NCBI GenBank assembly: GCA_963841435.1
Contig: CAWJCS010000003.1
Span: 32,001 to 96,000, forward strand
Source of the DNA: an uncultured delta proteobacterium
Lineage (GTDB): Bacteria > Myxococcota_A > Polyangia > Polyangiales > Polyangiaceae
Length of the DNA: 64,000 nt
Reading direction: 5' to 3'
The position numbers were made by a program, and so were the translations under genes. The notes beneath the pieces were generated by a model that searched no databases, was not told where the DNA came from, and saw only the letters and a program-made list of their open reading frames with translations. Within the stretch, counting starts at the first letter, position 1; the number at the start of each line of letters is the position of its first letter. Below are positions 35,299 to 46,732 of the stretch, piece after piece.

Positions 35299-36216
35299 AT
35301 GGCCCCGGCGCTCCACGAGCAAATCCAATCCACCGTCGAAGCAAATCCAGTGGTGCTGTACATGAAGGGGACGCGCGCGCGACCGCAGTGCGGCTTCTCG
35401 GCCTCGGTGGTCGGGATCCTCGACGGCCTGCTCGCCGACTACGTGACCGTCAACGTGCTCGACGATGCCGCGCTCCGCGAGGGCATCAAGGAGTTTTCGT
35501 CGTGGCCCACGATCCCCCAGCTCTACGTGCGCGGAAAGTTCGTGGGCGGCGCGGACATCGTGGCGGCGCTCGAGCACTCGGGCGTGCTTCGCGAAACGCT
35601 CGGAGAGCTCGCCGCAACCAAGGTTCCCCAGATCCGCATCTCGGCCACGGCGCGAGCGGAGCTCACGGGCGCGCTCGAAAGCAAAGACGAGTGCATCCGC
35701 CTCGACGTGAGCCCCGTCTTCGACCACGACCTTGCCGTCGGCGTGCCCGAGCCGCGCGACATAATCGTCGATCTCGGTGACGGTCTGCGCGTCTCGTTGC
35801 CGCCGAGCGCAGCGCGGCGTGCCGATGGCATCACGATCGATCTCGTGGCGACCCCCGAGGGGCCGGCCTTCAAGATCGACAATCCGAACGAGCCGCCGCG
35901 CGTGAAGCAACTCTCGCCACGCGAGCTCGCCGCACGCTTGGAACGCGGCGACGATGTCGTGATGCTCGACGTGCGACCGGAAGGCGAGCGGCGCCTGGCA
36001 AGCTTCGAGGGCCTCACACCGCTCGAAGAGAGCGTGCTCGACGGGCTCGAGAACGGCGCACCGGAGCGAGCGCTCGTCCTCGTGTGCCACCACGGGATGC
36101 GTAGCCAGAGCGTCGCCGAGGAGCTCGTGCAACGCGGTCTCAAGAACGTGCACAACCTCGCGGGCGGCATCGACGCCTGGTCGGCAGACGTCGACCCGCG
36201 CGTGCCGCGCTACTGA
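35299..36216 (+). CDS. Monothiol glutaredoxin Grx4 fused to HesB/IscA-like and rhodanese domains
   Basis: LYMKGT..PQCGFS, WPTIPQLY..FVGG.DI; RISATA..DGITID..FKIDNPN; LDVR..E, VCHHGMRS, NLAGGIDAW. Confidence 0.9.
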   Translation: MAPALHEQIQSTVEANPVVLYMKGTRARPQCGFSASVVGILDGLLADYVTVNVLDDAALREGIKEFSSWPTIPQLYVRGKFVGGADIVAALEHSGVLRETLGELAATKVPQIRISATARAELTGALESKDECIRLDVSPVFDHDLAVGVPEPRDIIVDLGDGLRVSLPPSAARRADGITIDLVATPEGPAFKIDNPNEPPRVKQLSPRELAARLERGDDVVMLDVRPEGERRLASFEGLTPLEESVLDGLENGAPERALVLVCHHGMRSQSVAEELVQRGLKNVHNLAGGIDAWSADVDPRVPRY

Positions 36217-38176
36217 GCTCCGTCGCGCGACGTTGTCTCGAAGCTCGGCCCGGGACGCTTGGTCGCCTTTGCGCGCGCCTCGGCGAGCTTCTTCGTGCCC
36301 CTCAGGCAACCCCAACAATCGCCGAGAGCCAGAATCCCGCAGCCACGCCGCGCGGCCAGACGATCGAGCGTGGGCAAGACGCGCGCGTCACCGCGCTCGA
36401 TGACGCGCGAAAGCAGGCTGTCGGCTTCGCGACAGCGCCGCCGGCGCTCGGCGCGCTCGAGATCGAGCACGAGGCCGAGCTCCGCGCTCGCGTGCTCCTG
36501 AACGGCGGTGTCGTCGATGAAAGCCCGAGCGCGGCGGTTGATCGCGGCGAGCGCCGGGTCCTTCTGCGTGGCCACCCACGCGTCGTAGAGCGCGTCGAGG
36601 CCACCCGAGCCGAGCTGGTGCGCAGCGAGACGCATGGCCTCCTCGTGGGCGACCTCGTCGACGATGCCGCGGCGCACGTCGGCGATCAGAAGCGGGTCTT
36701 GTCGCAGCTGCGAGAAGGAAAGCATCGCAGACTTGTACGCGGCCATGCAGTCTGCCATCTCACGGCGCACGCAGCGTCCGTGACCGAGGGCACGTAGATC
36801 CTCGAGGCTCGGTTCGGGCTGCTTCGCGAGCTCGGCGAGCGCAGGCTCGTCGCCGGCCTGCGCGCGGGCGACGAGCTTTCGGTGGCGCTCCGCCGCCGGC
36901 TCCACGCTCGGAGCCGGCGCCGCCGCGCCGTCGAGCGCCACGCCGGGTGTGGACCCGCCGCGGAGGCGCGCGCGCGGGACGACGACCAGCGTGATCAGCA
37001 TGCCGGCCAGCACGAGCACGAGCCCGACCGCCGCGAGCTTCACGACGGGCGCCTCGAGCGGGCCGAGCCGGACGCGACGCGTGAGCCAGGGCAGCCGCGT
37101 GCCGGCGCTCGCCGCCAAGCGGAACGCGGTCCTCGCGGCGCGGCGCGCGAGGCGAGAGCCTTCGTGCGCGGCGTGCGCGAACAGGCTGAGCGCCGCGGCT
37201 CCGGTGGGGCGGTCGGCGCCACCGGGGGGCGACGAGCGGGCTCCGGGGGGATCGAGCCGGGAGGCGCGATACTGGGGTCCTCGAGCAAGCGATCGATGGC
37301 GGCGACGACGGCGGCGGCGCCGTCCGGACGATCATCGGGCTTCTTCTCGAGCAGGAAGCTCACGAGCGACTGAACGCCGGTCGGGACGCTGCTCGGCAGC
37401 GACGGCGGGGGCTGAGTAACGTGTCGCGTGATCAGGACGACGACGTCATCGGCGTCGAAAGGGATCTTGCCGCAGAGCATCTCGTAGAGCATCACGCCGA
37501 GCGCGTAGAGGTCCGCGCGGTGATCGACCGTGTGGCCCTGGGCCTGCTCGGGGGACATGTACTCCGGCGTGCCGAAGATCGTGCCAATCTGCGTGAGCGG
37601 CTGCTGCCCCGCGGTGTCACCCAGGCTGAGCTTGGCGATGCCGAAGTCGAGCAGCTTCACCCAGTCGGGAAAGCCCTCGCGGTCGACGAGCATGACGTTG
37701 TCAGGCTTGAGATCACGATGGACGATGCCGGCGGCGTGCGCGGCGGCAAGCCCCTCGGCGATCTGCCGGGCGATGAGCAGCGCGCGGAGCGGTGGCAGCG
37801 GACCCCGCGCGATCAGCGCCGCCAGGCTGTTGCCTTCGACGTACTCGAGCGCGAGGTAACACGAGCCGTCGTCGAGCTTGCCGAAGTCGGTGGCCGCCGC
37901 GACGTTCGGGTGCTCGATGCGCCCGGCGGCGACGGCCTCGCGCTCGAAGCGAGCGACGACCTCGGGCAACGTGGTCATGTGGCGGTGCAGGATCTTGACT
38001 GCCACCGCCTTTTTCATGTGCACGTGCTCCGCGCGGTACACGATGCCCATGGCGCCCGCGCCGAGCACCTTCACGATGCGGTAGCGCCCCCCGAGCACGC
38101 TGCCCACGCGCGGGTCGGAGTCGGCGGTGGCGCGGGGCTGGTTCACGGGCGGATATTTTGGGCGGCCGGGTGCCAC
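36210..38176 (-). CDS. Membrane Hanks-type Ser/Thr protein kinase with helical extracytoplasmic domain; frameshift near 37190
   Basis: LGAGAMG, VAVK, HRDLKPDN, DFG, GTPEYMSPE; TM and C-terminal domain (RGCG...DCWGCLR) in ORF 36210..37118. Confidence 0.9.
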
Positions 38177-38205
38177 ACGTCGAGCCCTGCTGCCGCGTCC
38201 AACGT

Positions 38206-39306
38206 TCAGCGCTTGCCGGGCAGGAGCCGTGGCGGCCCACCGGCCGCGCTCCCTCGCACGCCGCGGTGGAGCACGAGCTTTCTGCCCGCCTCACGGCCTT
38301 TGGCGTACGCGTCGCCCGAGCGCGTGACGTGGTGCTGGGTCATGCGGATGCGCGGGTGCCGGACGCGGAAGAACGCGTGGAGGTCCCCGTCGCCGCGATA
38401 TACGAGCCCCTCGGCGGCGTGCTTGTGCCGCTCCCGCTCGAGCTTTTCACGAAACCCCGCAACGAGCCCCGCCAGAAAGCGCTCGCGATCGCCGCGGACG
38501 AGGCGGCCCTGGGCGAGCCGGTACTCGCGAAACAGCCGCTCGCCCGTGTGGCTCACGAACGCGTGAACGTAGGAGGCAAGCTCGAGGTTCTCGGGCGTGC
38601 CACAGACCTCGAGCACCGTCCCGCGCTTGCCCTCGAGCACGCGCCACACGGGCACCCAGATCACCTCGACGAAGAAGTGCTCGCCGAGAAGCGCCGCGAG
38701 CTGCCGCTGGCTCTCTCCCACCCTGCCCGCGGGAACCCCGAGGTGCAAATAGTCGTAGTCGGCGCGGCGCCCGCGTGCCGACACCTCCACGTTGTACTTG
38801 AGCATCAAGCGCTGCGCCGCGCTCATCGCCGCCTGCGCCTCGTGCTCGTTCTGGCTCTCGGCGAGCGCCAAGAGCTTGGCGATGCGATCGAGCACGTGCG
38901 TCTCGCGCAGGCTCTCGCGTGGGGCGCCCGCGGCGCGCGCGTCGATGCCGCGCTCGGCGCACACGCGACGATACAGCGGGCCGTGCGGCACCTCGTCGCG
39001 CACGCCGAGCACCTCGTCGACGTACTGGTGCGCCATTTCGTGCTTCAAGACCTCGACGAGCACCCCCCAGCCGTGCTCGACGAGCAACCCGCGCGAGAGC
39101 TCGAGCGTGCGCGTGGCGCCGATCCAGCGTCCGAGCCGGCCGCCTGCATCCGAGAGCTCGAAGGCGGGGGTCCGGAGGCTCGCGCGGAAGAGCGCGTGAT
39201 CGAGATCGTCGTACGTCGCACGGACGGCGCGGAGCGCGAGCCGCTGGAGCTCGAGCGACAGCGCGGCGCGGGGGGTGCTAGGCTCGGTTTTCCCGGAGTC
39301 CTTCAT
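38206..39306 (-). CDS. SprT-like HExxH metallopeptidase with DUF2786-like domain
   Basis: [31 protein letters not shown]. Confidence 0.8.
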   Translation of the reverse strand: MKDSGKTEPSTPRAALSLELQRLALRAVRATYDDLDHALFRASLRTPAFELSDAGGRLGRWIGATRTLELSRGLLVEHGWGVLVEVLKHEMAHQYVDEVLGVRDEVPHGPLYRRVCAERGIDARAAGAPRESLRETHVLDRIAKLLALAESQNEHEAQAAMSAAQRLMLKYNVEVSARGRRADYDYLHLGVPAGRVGESQRQLAALLGEHFFVEVIWVPVWRVLEGKRGTVLEVCGTPENLELASYVHAFVSHTGERLFREYRLAQGRLVRGDRERFLAGLVAGFREKLERERHKHAAEGLVYRGDGDLHAFFRVRHPRIRMTQHHVTRSGDAYAKGREAGRKLVLHRGVRGSAAGGPPRLLPGKR

Positions 39307-41621
39307 GAAAAACGACGATGCGCTCCGCTATCACGAGCGCGGGCGTCCCGGAAAGATCGAGGTCGTCTCGACGAAGCCCGTCGCGTCCCAGCTCGATCTT
39401 TCCCTCGCCTACACGCCCGGAGTCGCCGCCCCCTGCCGCGAGATCTTCAGAGACCCCGAGCTCGTCAGCCGCTACACGGCGCGCCAGAACCTGGTCGCCG
39501 TCGTCACGAACGGCACGGCCGTGCTCGGTCTCGGCAACCTCGGCCCGCTCGCCGCGAAGCCCGTCATGGAGGGCAAGGCGGTGCTCTTCAAGCGCTTTGC
39601 CGACATCGACGTGTTCGACATCGAGGTCGACGAGACCGACCCGGCGCGGTTCATCGAGGTCGTGCGCGCGCTCGAACCGACGTTCGGCGGCATCAACCTC
39701 GAGGACATCCGCGCACCGGACTGCTTCGTGATCGAACGGGCGTTGCGCCAGCGCATGAGCATTCCCGTGTTTCACGACGACCAGCACGGCACGGCGATCA
39801 TCTCCGCGGCGGCGCTCCGTAACGCCGCCGAGCTCCAGGGCAAGGCGCTCGGTGAGCTCGCAGTCTGCTGCCTCGGCGCGGGCGCCGCTGCGACGAGCTG
39901 CATGCAGATGTGGGTGCGGCTCGGCGTGCGGCGCGAAAACGTCACCATGGTCGACGTGAACGGCGTGCTCGGCGAGGGTCGGCCCGACCTCGACGAGTTC
40001 CGGGCCGAATTCGCCCGCCCCGCGAGCGATCCGCGCCGGACGCTCGCCGACGCCATCGTGGATGCCGACGTCTTGATCGGGCTCTCGGCGGGTGGCCTCG
40101 TGACGCCCGCCATGCTGAAGACCATGGGCAAGAAGCCGATCATCTTCGCGCTCGCCAATCCCGACCCCGAGATCGGCTACGCCGACGCGATCGCGGCTCG
40201 GCCCGACGCCGTCGTCGCCACGGGGCGCAGTGACTTTCCGAACCAGGTCAACAACGTGCTCGGCTTCCCGTTCATCTTCCGCGGGGCGCTCGACGCGCGT
40301 GCCAGCACCATCACCGAAGAGATGAAGGTCGCCGCCGCCGAGGCTCTCGCCCAGCTCGCGCGCGAGGAAGTCACCGACGAGGTGCTGCGCGCCTACGGCC
40401 GGCACCGCATGCGCTTCGGTCGCGACTACGTGATTCCGAAGCCGTTCGACAATCGCGTGCTCTACTGGGTGGCGCCGGCCGTCGCCAAGGCGGCCGTAGC
40501 GTCCGGCGTCGCCCGCGAGCAGATCGACATCGACGAGTACAAGGAGCGGCTCTACCGCACGATCTCCGCCGACGCGCCGCGTGCTCTGGAACATCACCGA
40601 AACCGCCAAATCGAAGAAAAAGCGCATCGTTTTCCCGGAAGGCGACAGCGACTCCATCCTGCGCGCCGCCCACGTCGTCATCGAGGCGGGCATCGCCGAG
40701 CCCGTGCTGCTCGGCTCGCGCGAGCGCCTCACCGACCTCGCCGAACGCCTCGGCTTCGATCTCGAGGGCGCGCTGATCATCGACCCACGCGAGAGCGACC
40801 AGCTCGACCACTACGTCGACGTGTACTTTCGCAAGCGCCAGCGGCGCGGCGTGACGCGCCTGGCGGCATTGAAGGAGCTCCGGCGCTCGCGCACGGCGTT
40901 CGGCATGGTCATGGTCGCCGAGGGCGACGCCGACGGGCTCGTCGCGGGCGTACGCCAGCCGTACCCGGCCACGATCCGCCCCGCTCTCCAGATCATCGGC
41001 GTCAGGCCGGGCGTCAAGCACGCCGCCGGCATGTACATGGTGGTCACCAAGCAGGGCGTGCGCTTTCTCGCCGACACCACCATCAACATCGACCCCGACG
41101 CGGAGACGCTCGCCGAGATCGCCATGCTGGCCGCCGACGCCGTCGCCGAGCTCGGCGTGGAACCGCGCGTCGCGATGCTCTCGTTCTCGAACTTCGGCGA
41201 CGCGCCGCACCCGGCGTCCAAGAAAGTGGCAGAAGCCGCGGCCATCGTGCAGCGCCTGCGCCCCGAGCTGATGATCGACGGCGAAATGCAGGCGAACGTC
41301 GCGCTCGACGAGGACGCTCGCGCCGTCTACGCGTTCTCGAAGCTCAAGGGTCCGGCGAACGTGCTCATCTTCCCGAACCTCGACGCGGGCAACGCCGCCT
41401 ACAAGCTGCTCGCCGTGAGCGGCGCCGCCGACGTGATCGGCCCGATGGTGCTCGGGCTGCAGAAGCCCGTGAACGTGCTTCAACAGGGTGCGAGCGTCGA
41501 CTCCATCGTGCACATGACGGCCATCACGGCGGCCGAGGGCGCGAGCCGCGTCAACGGAGCCACGCCGAGCCCGGCCGGGAAGCCCGAGCGCGCGTCGCGC
41601 CCGCCACGCGCGAACGGTTGA
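39305..41621 (+). CDS. maeB: NADP-dependent malic enzyme with C-terminal phosphotransacetylase-like domain; frameshift near 40570
   Basis: [51 protein letters not shown] part [23 protein letters not shown]. Confidence 0.95.
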
Positions 41622-41652
41622 GACCCTTGCGACGCGCCGCGCCCTCTTTTTT

Positions 41653-42561
41653 TCACGGGCGCCGGATCGCTTCCCATTCTTCGATCGTCTTCGGCCAATC
41701 GTCCTTCATGAGCTTCGAGAGCGAACGATCGGCGAGCAGCTTTCCGCCCGTCTGACAGCGCGGGCAGTAGTTGATCTCGTTCTCGGCGCGCACGATGCGC
41801 TGCACCGGAGTGCCGCACACGGGGCACGGCTCGCGGTAGCGCCCGTGCACCGCCATACCCGGGCGAAAGGCCGTCACTTTCCTGGGGAAATCTGCGCCCG
41901 TCTCTGCTTGGAGACGCTCGGTCCACTCCGAAAGGACACGCTTCGTCGCCGCGCGGAGCCGATCGATCTCCTCGGGGCTCAAGCGGGTGCTCCACTTGAG
42001 CGGCGAAAGGCCGGCGGCAAACAGGATCTCGTCGGAGTACGCGTTGCCGATGCCGCTGAAGGCGTGCGGATCGGTGAGCGCACGCTTCAGCGTGTGATTT
42101 TCGCGCGTGAGAGCGCGCACGAAGCCGTCGCGATCGACACCGAGCGGGTTGACGCCGCCGGGGTCGTGCTCGGCGAGCGCCGCCCGGCCTCCGACGACGT
42201 GAAGCGACGCGCGCCGCTTGCTGCCCGCCTCCGTGAGCACGAGGCTCGCGTGGGGAAAGTCGAACGACGCGAGCGTGATCTTGTTCGAGAGCTGCGGGGC
42301 GGTCGCCACGGGCTCGAACCACTTGAACCGCCCTGCGATCATCAGGTGCACGACGAGGTAGAGCTCGCCCTCGAGACCGACGACGATGCGCTTGCCGAGC
42401 CGCGACAGCGAAACGACCTCGCGCCCGTGGGCGCTCTCGAGCGACGGCTCCACGGAACGTAGCAAAAAGGGCCTGCGCAGCCGCACGCGCTCGAGCCGCC
42501 TGCCGACGATGCGCGGCTCGAGCGCCGCGAGATAAAGCGCGATGTCGGGAAGCTCCGGCAC
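41653..42561 (-). CDS. Fpg/Nei-family DNA glycosylase/AP lyase
   Basis: N-terminal PELPD, HLMIAG, H2[13 protein letters not shown], zinc finger CPVC..CPRCQ. Confidence 0.93.
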   Translation of the reverse strand: MPELPDIALYLAALEPRIVGRRLERVRLRRPFLLRSVEPSLESAHGREVVSLSRLGKRIVVGLEGELYLVVHLMIAGRFKWFEPVATAPQLSNKITLASFDFPHASLVLTEAGSKRRASLHVVGGRAALAEHDPGGVNPLGVDRDGFVRALTRENHTLKRALTDPHAFSGIGNAYSDEILFAAGLSPLKWSTRLSPEEIDRLRAATKRVLSEWTERLQAETGADFPRKVTAFRPGMAVHGRYREPCPVCGTPVQRIVRAENEINYCPRCQTGGKLLADRSLSKLMKDDWPKTIEEWEAIRRP

Positions 42562-42761
42562 GCCGCCGTGACGCTAGCAGGGGGCGCGCGGCCCGACATC
42601 GGAGACGCTCCCGATGCGACGGTTCTTGGTTTGGGCGACCGCCGTTTCTGCGCCGTGAAGCGGCTCCGGGCCGTGCCGTTCCACCCGGCCGGGCCAGCGA
42701 AAAGGCCAGACGCCGCGCGGCTGCGTGCGAACGGAGCAAACGGTGGCATGCTCGGCTCCCC

Positions 42762-44223
42762 ATGGGCGACGACAGCTTTGCCGCGCTGATGAAGAAGGCT
42801 CAGGACAGCGGCGCAGTGACGGGCCGCCGTCTGCAGGCAGGCGAGGTCCTCAAGGTGCGAGTGATGCAGATCGCGGGGGACTCGATCTTCGTCGACTGCG
42901 GCACGCCCGGCGACGGCCGCATCGCCCGCGTCGAGCTCGAAAACGATCGCGGTGAGCTTGCCGTCAAGGTCGGCTCCCTGCTCGAGGCCACCGTCATCGA
43001 CGCGCGTCCCGACGCGCCGAGGCTCACGGTCTCGATGGGCCGCCGCGGCGCCGTCGATACCTCCTCGCTCGAGCTCGCCCGCACGAGCGGCACCCCGGTC
43101 GTCGGCAAGGTCGAGCGGGCCGTGAAGGGCGGGCTCGAGATCTCGATCGGCGGTGTGCGGGCGTTTTGCCCCGCCTCCCAGGTCGAGCTCGGCTACACGG
43201 CGGACCTCGCGCCGTTCGTGGGGCAGGAGCTCGAGGTCCTCGTGATCGAGATCCGCGACGGCGGGCGCAGCATCGTCGTTTCGCGGCGAGCGCTGCTCGA
43301 GGAGCAACGCCGCCGCACGGCGAGCGAGCTCGTGGCGCGGCTCGTGCCCGGCAGCGACGTTGAGGGCACGATCGTGTCGCTCAACAAGCACGGCGCCGTC
43401 GTCGATTCTCGGCGGGCTCGACGGCTTCGTGCATCTTTCGGAGCTCGCGCGGCATCGCGTGGAGCGCGCCGAAGACGCCGTGACCGTCGGTGACACCGTG
43501 AAGGCCCGCGTTCTGAGCGTCGAGGAATCGGACAAGGGCCACCGCGTGCGGCTCTCGCTCAAGGCGCTGCAGGCGGCGGACCCCTCGGCGGCGCCCGCGC
43601 CGGACGAGGTGCTGCGCGCGCGCGTGGTCGCCGTGGGGCAACGCGGCATCACGGTGTTGACGCCGAAGGGCGAGGGCTTCGTGCCGCTCCCCGAGCTCGG
43701 CCTCGCGCCGGGCGCGGACCATCGCCGTGCGTTCCCGGCGGGCAAGGAGCTCGACGTCGTGCTCCTGTCGAACGCCGGCGGGCGGCCGCGCTTCAGCGCC
43801 ACGCAGGTGTCACGCGTGGAGGAGCGCCGGAACTACCGGGACTACACCAAGGACGCGAGCGGCTCGTCCCCCGCGCGCGGCTTCGGCATGCTCGGCGATC
43901 TCCTGCGCGAGCGCCTCGGTCTACCGGATCCGCCTCCCGCGCCCGCCGCGCCGACTCCGACCCCGACGGTCGCCGAGCCTCGGCCCGCCGCCGTGGCACC
44001 CGCGCCCGCCGCCGTGGCACCCGCGCCCGCCGCCGCTCCGAGCCCGGCACCGCCGGCGGCTCCGTCCGGCGCGACGCTCCGCGAGTCGTCCCCGCCGGTC
44101 GTCACGCCCGCTCATCGGTCGGCACCCACGGCGACGCTCGACGCGGCAGCGGACCCAGCACCCGCGACCTCGCGGGAGCACCGCGCCGATCCGCCCGGCA
44201 TCGTGCGGCGCAAGGCACGCTGA
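42762..44223 (+). CDS. Multi-S1-domain RNA-binding protein (ribosomal S1-like paralogue) with Pro/Ala tail; frameshift near 43408
   Basis: KGGLEISIGGVRAFCPASQV, VVSRRALLE, LDGFVHLSEL, RVRLSLKAL, GFGMLGDLL. Confidence 0.85.
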
Positions 44224-44293
44224 GCGCGAGCGCTCCGCGGCCTTTCAGCCGTGGACGGCGCTGAGCACCGGCAAGCGCTATGCTCGAGGCTTG

Positions 44294-45674
44294 GTGACAC
44301 GGGAGCGACCGAGCACAGCGGGCCCGAAGGACGGGTTCCGGGAGCAGCTGCTCGCCCGGCTGCTGAGGGCCGCGGGGGCGACGTTCTGCGGGGCTCCTCT
44401 TAGCGAGCGCGTGCGGCGGGCAGTCGAAGGCTCAGTTGACGGCGGGCTCCGCGGGCACGACCGGGAGCGGCGGCGCGGGCGGAGTGACGGCGGGCGCGGG
44501 TATGGGGGGCTCGTTCGGTGGCGGCACCGCGGGCGGCACCGGGGGCGCGGGCGGGAGCGGCGCGACGGGCGGCAGCATCGTCATCCCGCCTGACGACGGT
44601 GGCCTGCCGCCGCTCACGACCGAGCCCATGACCATCTGCATCGACTTCTCGGCGGTCGATGGTGGCACGAGCACCGGAGCCGGCGGCGAGGGCGGCGAGG
44701 CCGGAGCGCCCACGCTCGCGAGCTGCCCCTCTCCCGATCAAGTACCCGAGCTTCAGGGCATGCCGTGCACTTTGGTGAGCTCTCACACCGGCACGGGCTG
44801 GGACCTCGTCGAGGTCACGGCCGGCCCGCGGCTCGAGGGGACCGCCTGCTGCTACGACCTTCTCGTCCACAAAACCGAGTGCGTGTACGTCGGGCGCGCC
44901 TTCCTCGTTGACGAAGGGCTCGTGAAGGCGGTCGTGCGGGACGGCGGCGGCTGGCATTTCGGCGCTTCGCCCGACGTGGCATCGCTGTCGGACGCGACAC
45001 GGCGCGCGCTCGAGGAGGCGTGGCTCAAGGACGCGTTGTTCGAGCACGCCTCCGTCGCCACCTTCGCGCGGTTCGCCGTGCAGCTGCTCGGCGTGGGGGC
45101 GCCGTCACGCCTCCTGCATGCGACGCTTTCGGCCGGCAAGGACGAGATCCGTCACGCGGAGCTCTGCTTCTCGCTCGCGTCGGCCTACGCGGGGCGCGCG
45201 CTCGAGCCCGACGCGTTTCCCCTCGACGATCGCCTGCCCATCCAGCGCGACCTCGCCGACATCGTCAGCGAAACCATCGTCGAGGGCTGCATCGGCGAGA
45301 CGCTCGCCGCGCTGCAGGCCGAGGCGCAGCTCGCCGTCACCACGGACCCGGTCGTTCGGGAGAGCCTCATCGCGACGGTGGACGACGAGACGCGCCACGC
45401 CGAGCTCGCGTGGCAGGTCGTCGCCTGGGCACTCGCCGAAGGCGGCGAGCGCATCCGGCGCGTCGCCGAGCGCGCGTTTTCGAGCTTCGACCCCCCGCGC
45501 GCCCCCAACATCGACTTGCGCGGCGTGGACCGCGCCGCGTTCCGCGCCCACGGTCGGCTCGAGCCCGACGAAGCGCGCCGCGTCGCCCTCGAAGCGCTCA
45601 CGGCCGTCGTCCGACCCTGTGCCGCAGCATTGCTCGGCCGCGACGTGATGCCGCACCTCGCCGCCGCGGCCTGA
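44294..45674 (+). CDS. Ferritin-like (di-iron) domain lipoprotein, myxobacterial type; frameshift near 44390
   Basis: LLLASAC lipobox, Gly-rich linker, CCY..GR.F, EHASV..F, DEIRHA, EGCIGET, DETRHA. Confidence 0.78.
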
Positions 45675-45688
45675 CCCCCGAAGGGGCG

Positions 45689-46576
45689 TCAGCCAGCCTG
45701 ACCTTGAAGTGCGCGGATGCGGTCGGCGATGGGCGGGTGCGAGCGGAACAGCGCGGCGACGCCGCCGCCGTTGATGCCGAAGGCCGCCATCGACTTCGGC
45801 AAGCTCGATTCCTCGTGGCCGCCCAGGCGCCGGAGCGCGTTGATCATGGCCGACGCGCCGCGCAGATCGGCTCCGCCGCGGTCGGCGCGGAACTCGCGCC
45901 GTCGGCTGAACCACGCCACGATGATCGACGCGAGCAGCCCGAGCACCATCTGCGCCGCCATCACACTGACGAAGTAGCCGATGCCCCCGCCGCGGCTGCG
46001 CTCGCCGCGACCGCTCATGGCAGAGTCGATGATGCCGCCGATGATGCGCGCGAAGAAGATCACGAACGTGTTGAGCACGCCCTGGATGAGCGTGAGCGTC
46101 ACCATGTCGCCGTTGGCGACGTGGGTCATCTCGTGGCCAATCACGGCCTCGACCTCGTCGCGGTTCATGGTGCGCAAAAGGCCCGTGCTCACGGCGACGA
46201 GCGCTTTGTTCTTCGACGGCCCCGTCGCGAAGGCGTTCATCTCGGGCGCGTCGTAGACGGCGATTTCCGGCATCTGCAGGCCGAGGCGGCTCGCCTGGCT
46301 CTGCACGGTCTGGAACAACCAGGCCTCGGTCGCGTTGCGCGGGGCGTCGATCACCTTCGCGCCCGTCGCCATCTTGGCCATCCACTTCGAAATCAGCAGC
46401 GAAACGAACGAGCCACCGAAGCCGATGAGGGCCGAAAGGACCATGAGCGGGCCGTAGGCCTGCAGAAACTCCCCCTTGCCGAACACGCCCGCGCGTTCGA
46501 GCACCATCACGATGATGTTGACGACGAACAGAATCGCGAAGTTGGTGGCGATCAAAAGTCCGATGCGCTTGAACAC
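45689..46576 (-). CDS. htpX: Membrane zinc metalloprotease HtpX
   Basis: NAFATG, HEMTHVANGDMVT, FSRRREFRAD, SHPP. Confidence 0.96.
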   Translation of the reverse strand: MFKRIGLLIATNFAILFVVNIIVMVLERAGVFGKGEFLQAYGPLMVLSALIGFGGSFVSLLISKWMAKMATGAKVIDAPRNATEAWLFQTVQSQASRLGLQMPEIAVYDAPEMNAFATGPSKNKALVAVSTGLLRTMNRDEVEAVIGHEMTHVANGDMVTLTLIQGVLNTFVIFFARIIGGIIDSAMSGRGERSRGGGIGYFVSVMAAQMVLGLLASIIVAWFSRRREFRADRGGADLRGASAMINALRRLGGHEESSLPKSMAAFGINGGGVAALFRSHPPIADRIRALQGQAG

Positions 46577-46732
46577 GGCGGGTGGTCTCCTCGGGGGTGG
46601 TTCTCAAGGTAGCTATAAGCATCGCTCGCACCCTTGTCCACCCCCGCCGCGCCGGAAGTCGGGCGGAATCGTTGGGGAATAAATCGCGTGCTCCGCGGTT
46701 TGGCCACCGCGGGCGGGACTTCGGTTTCGGGC

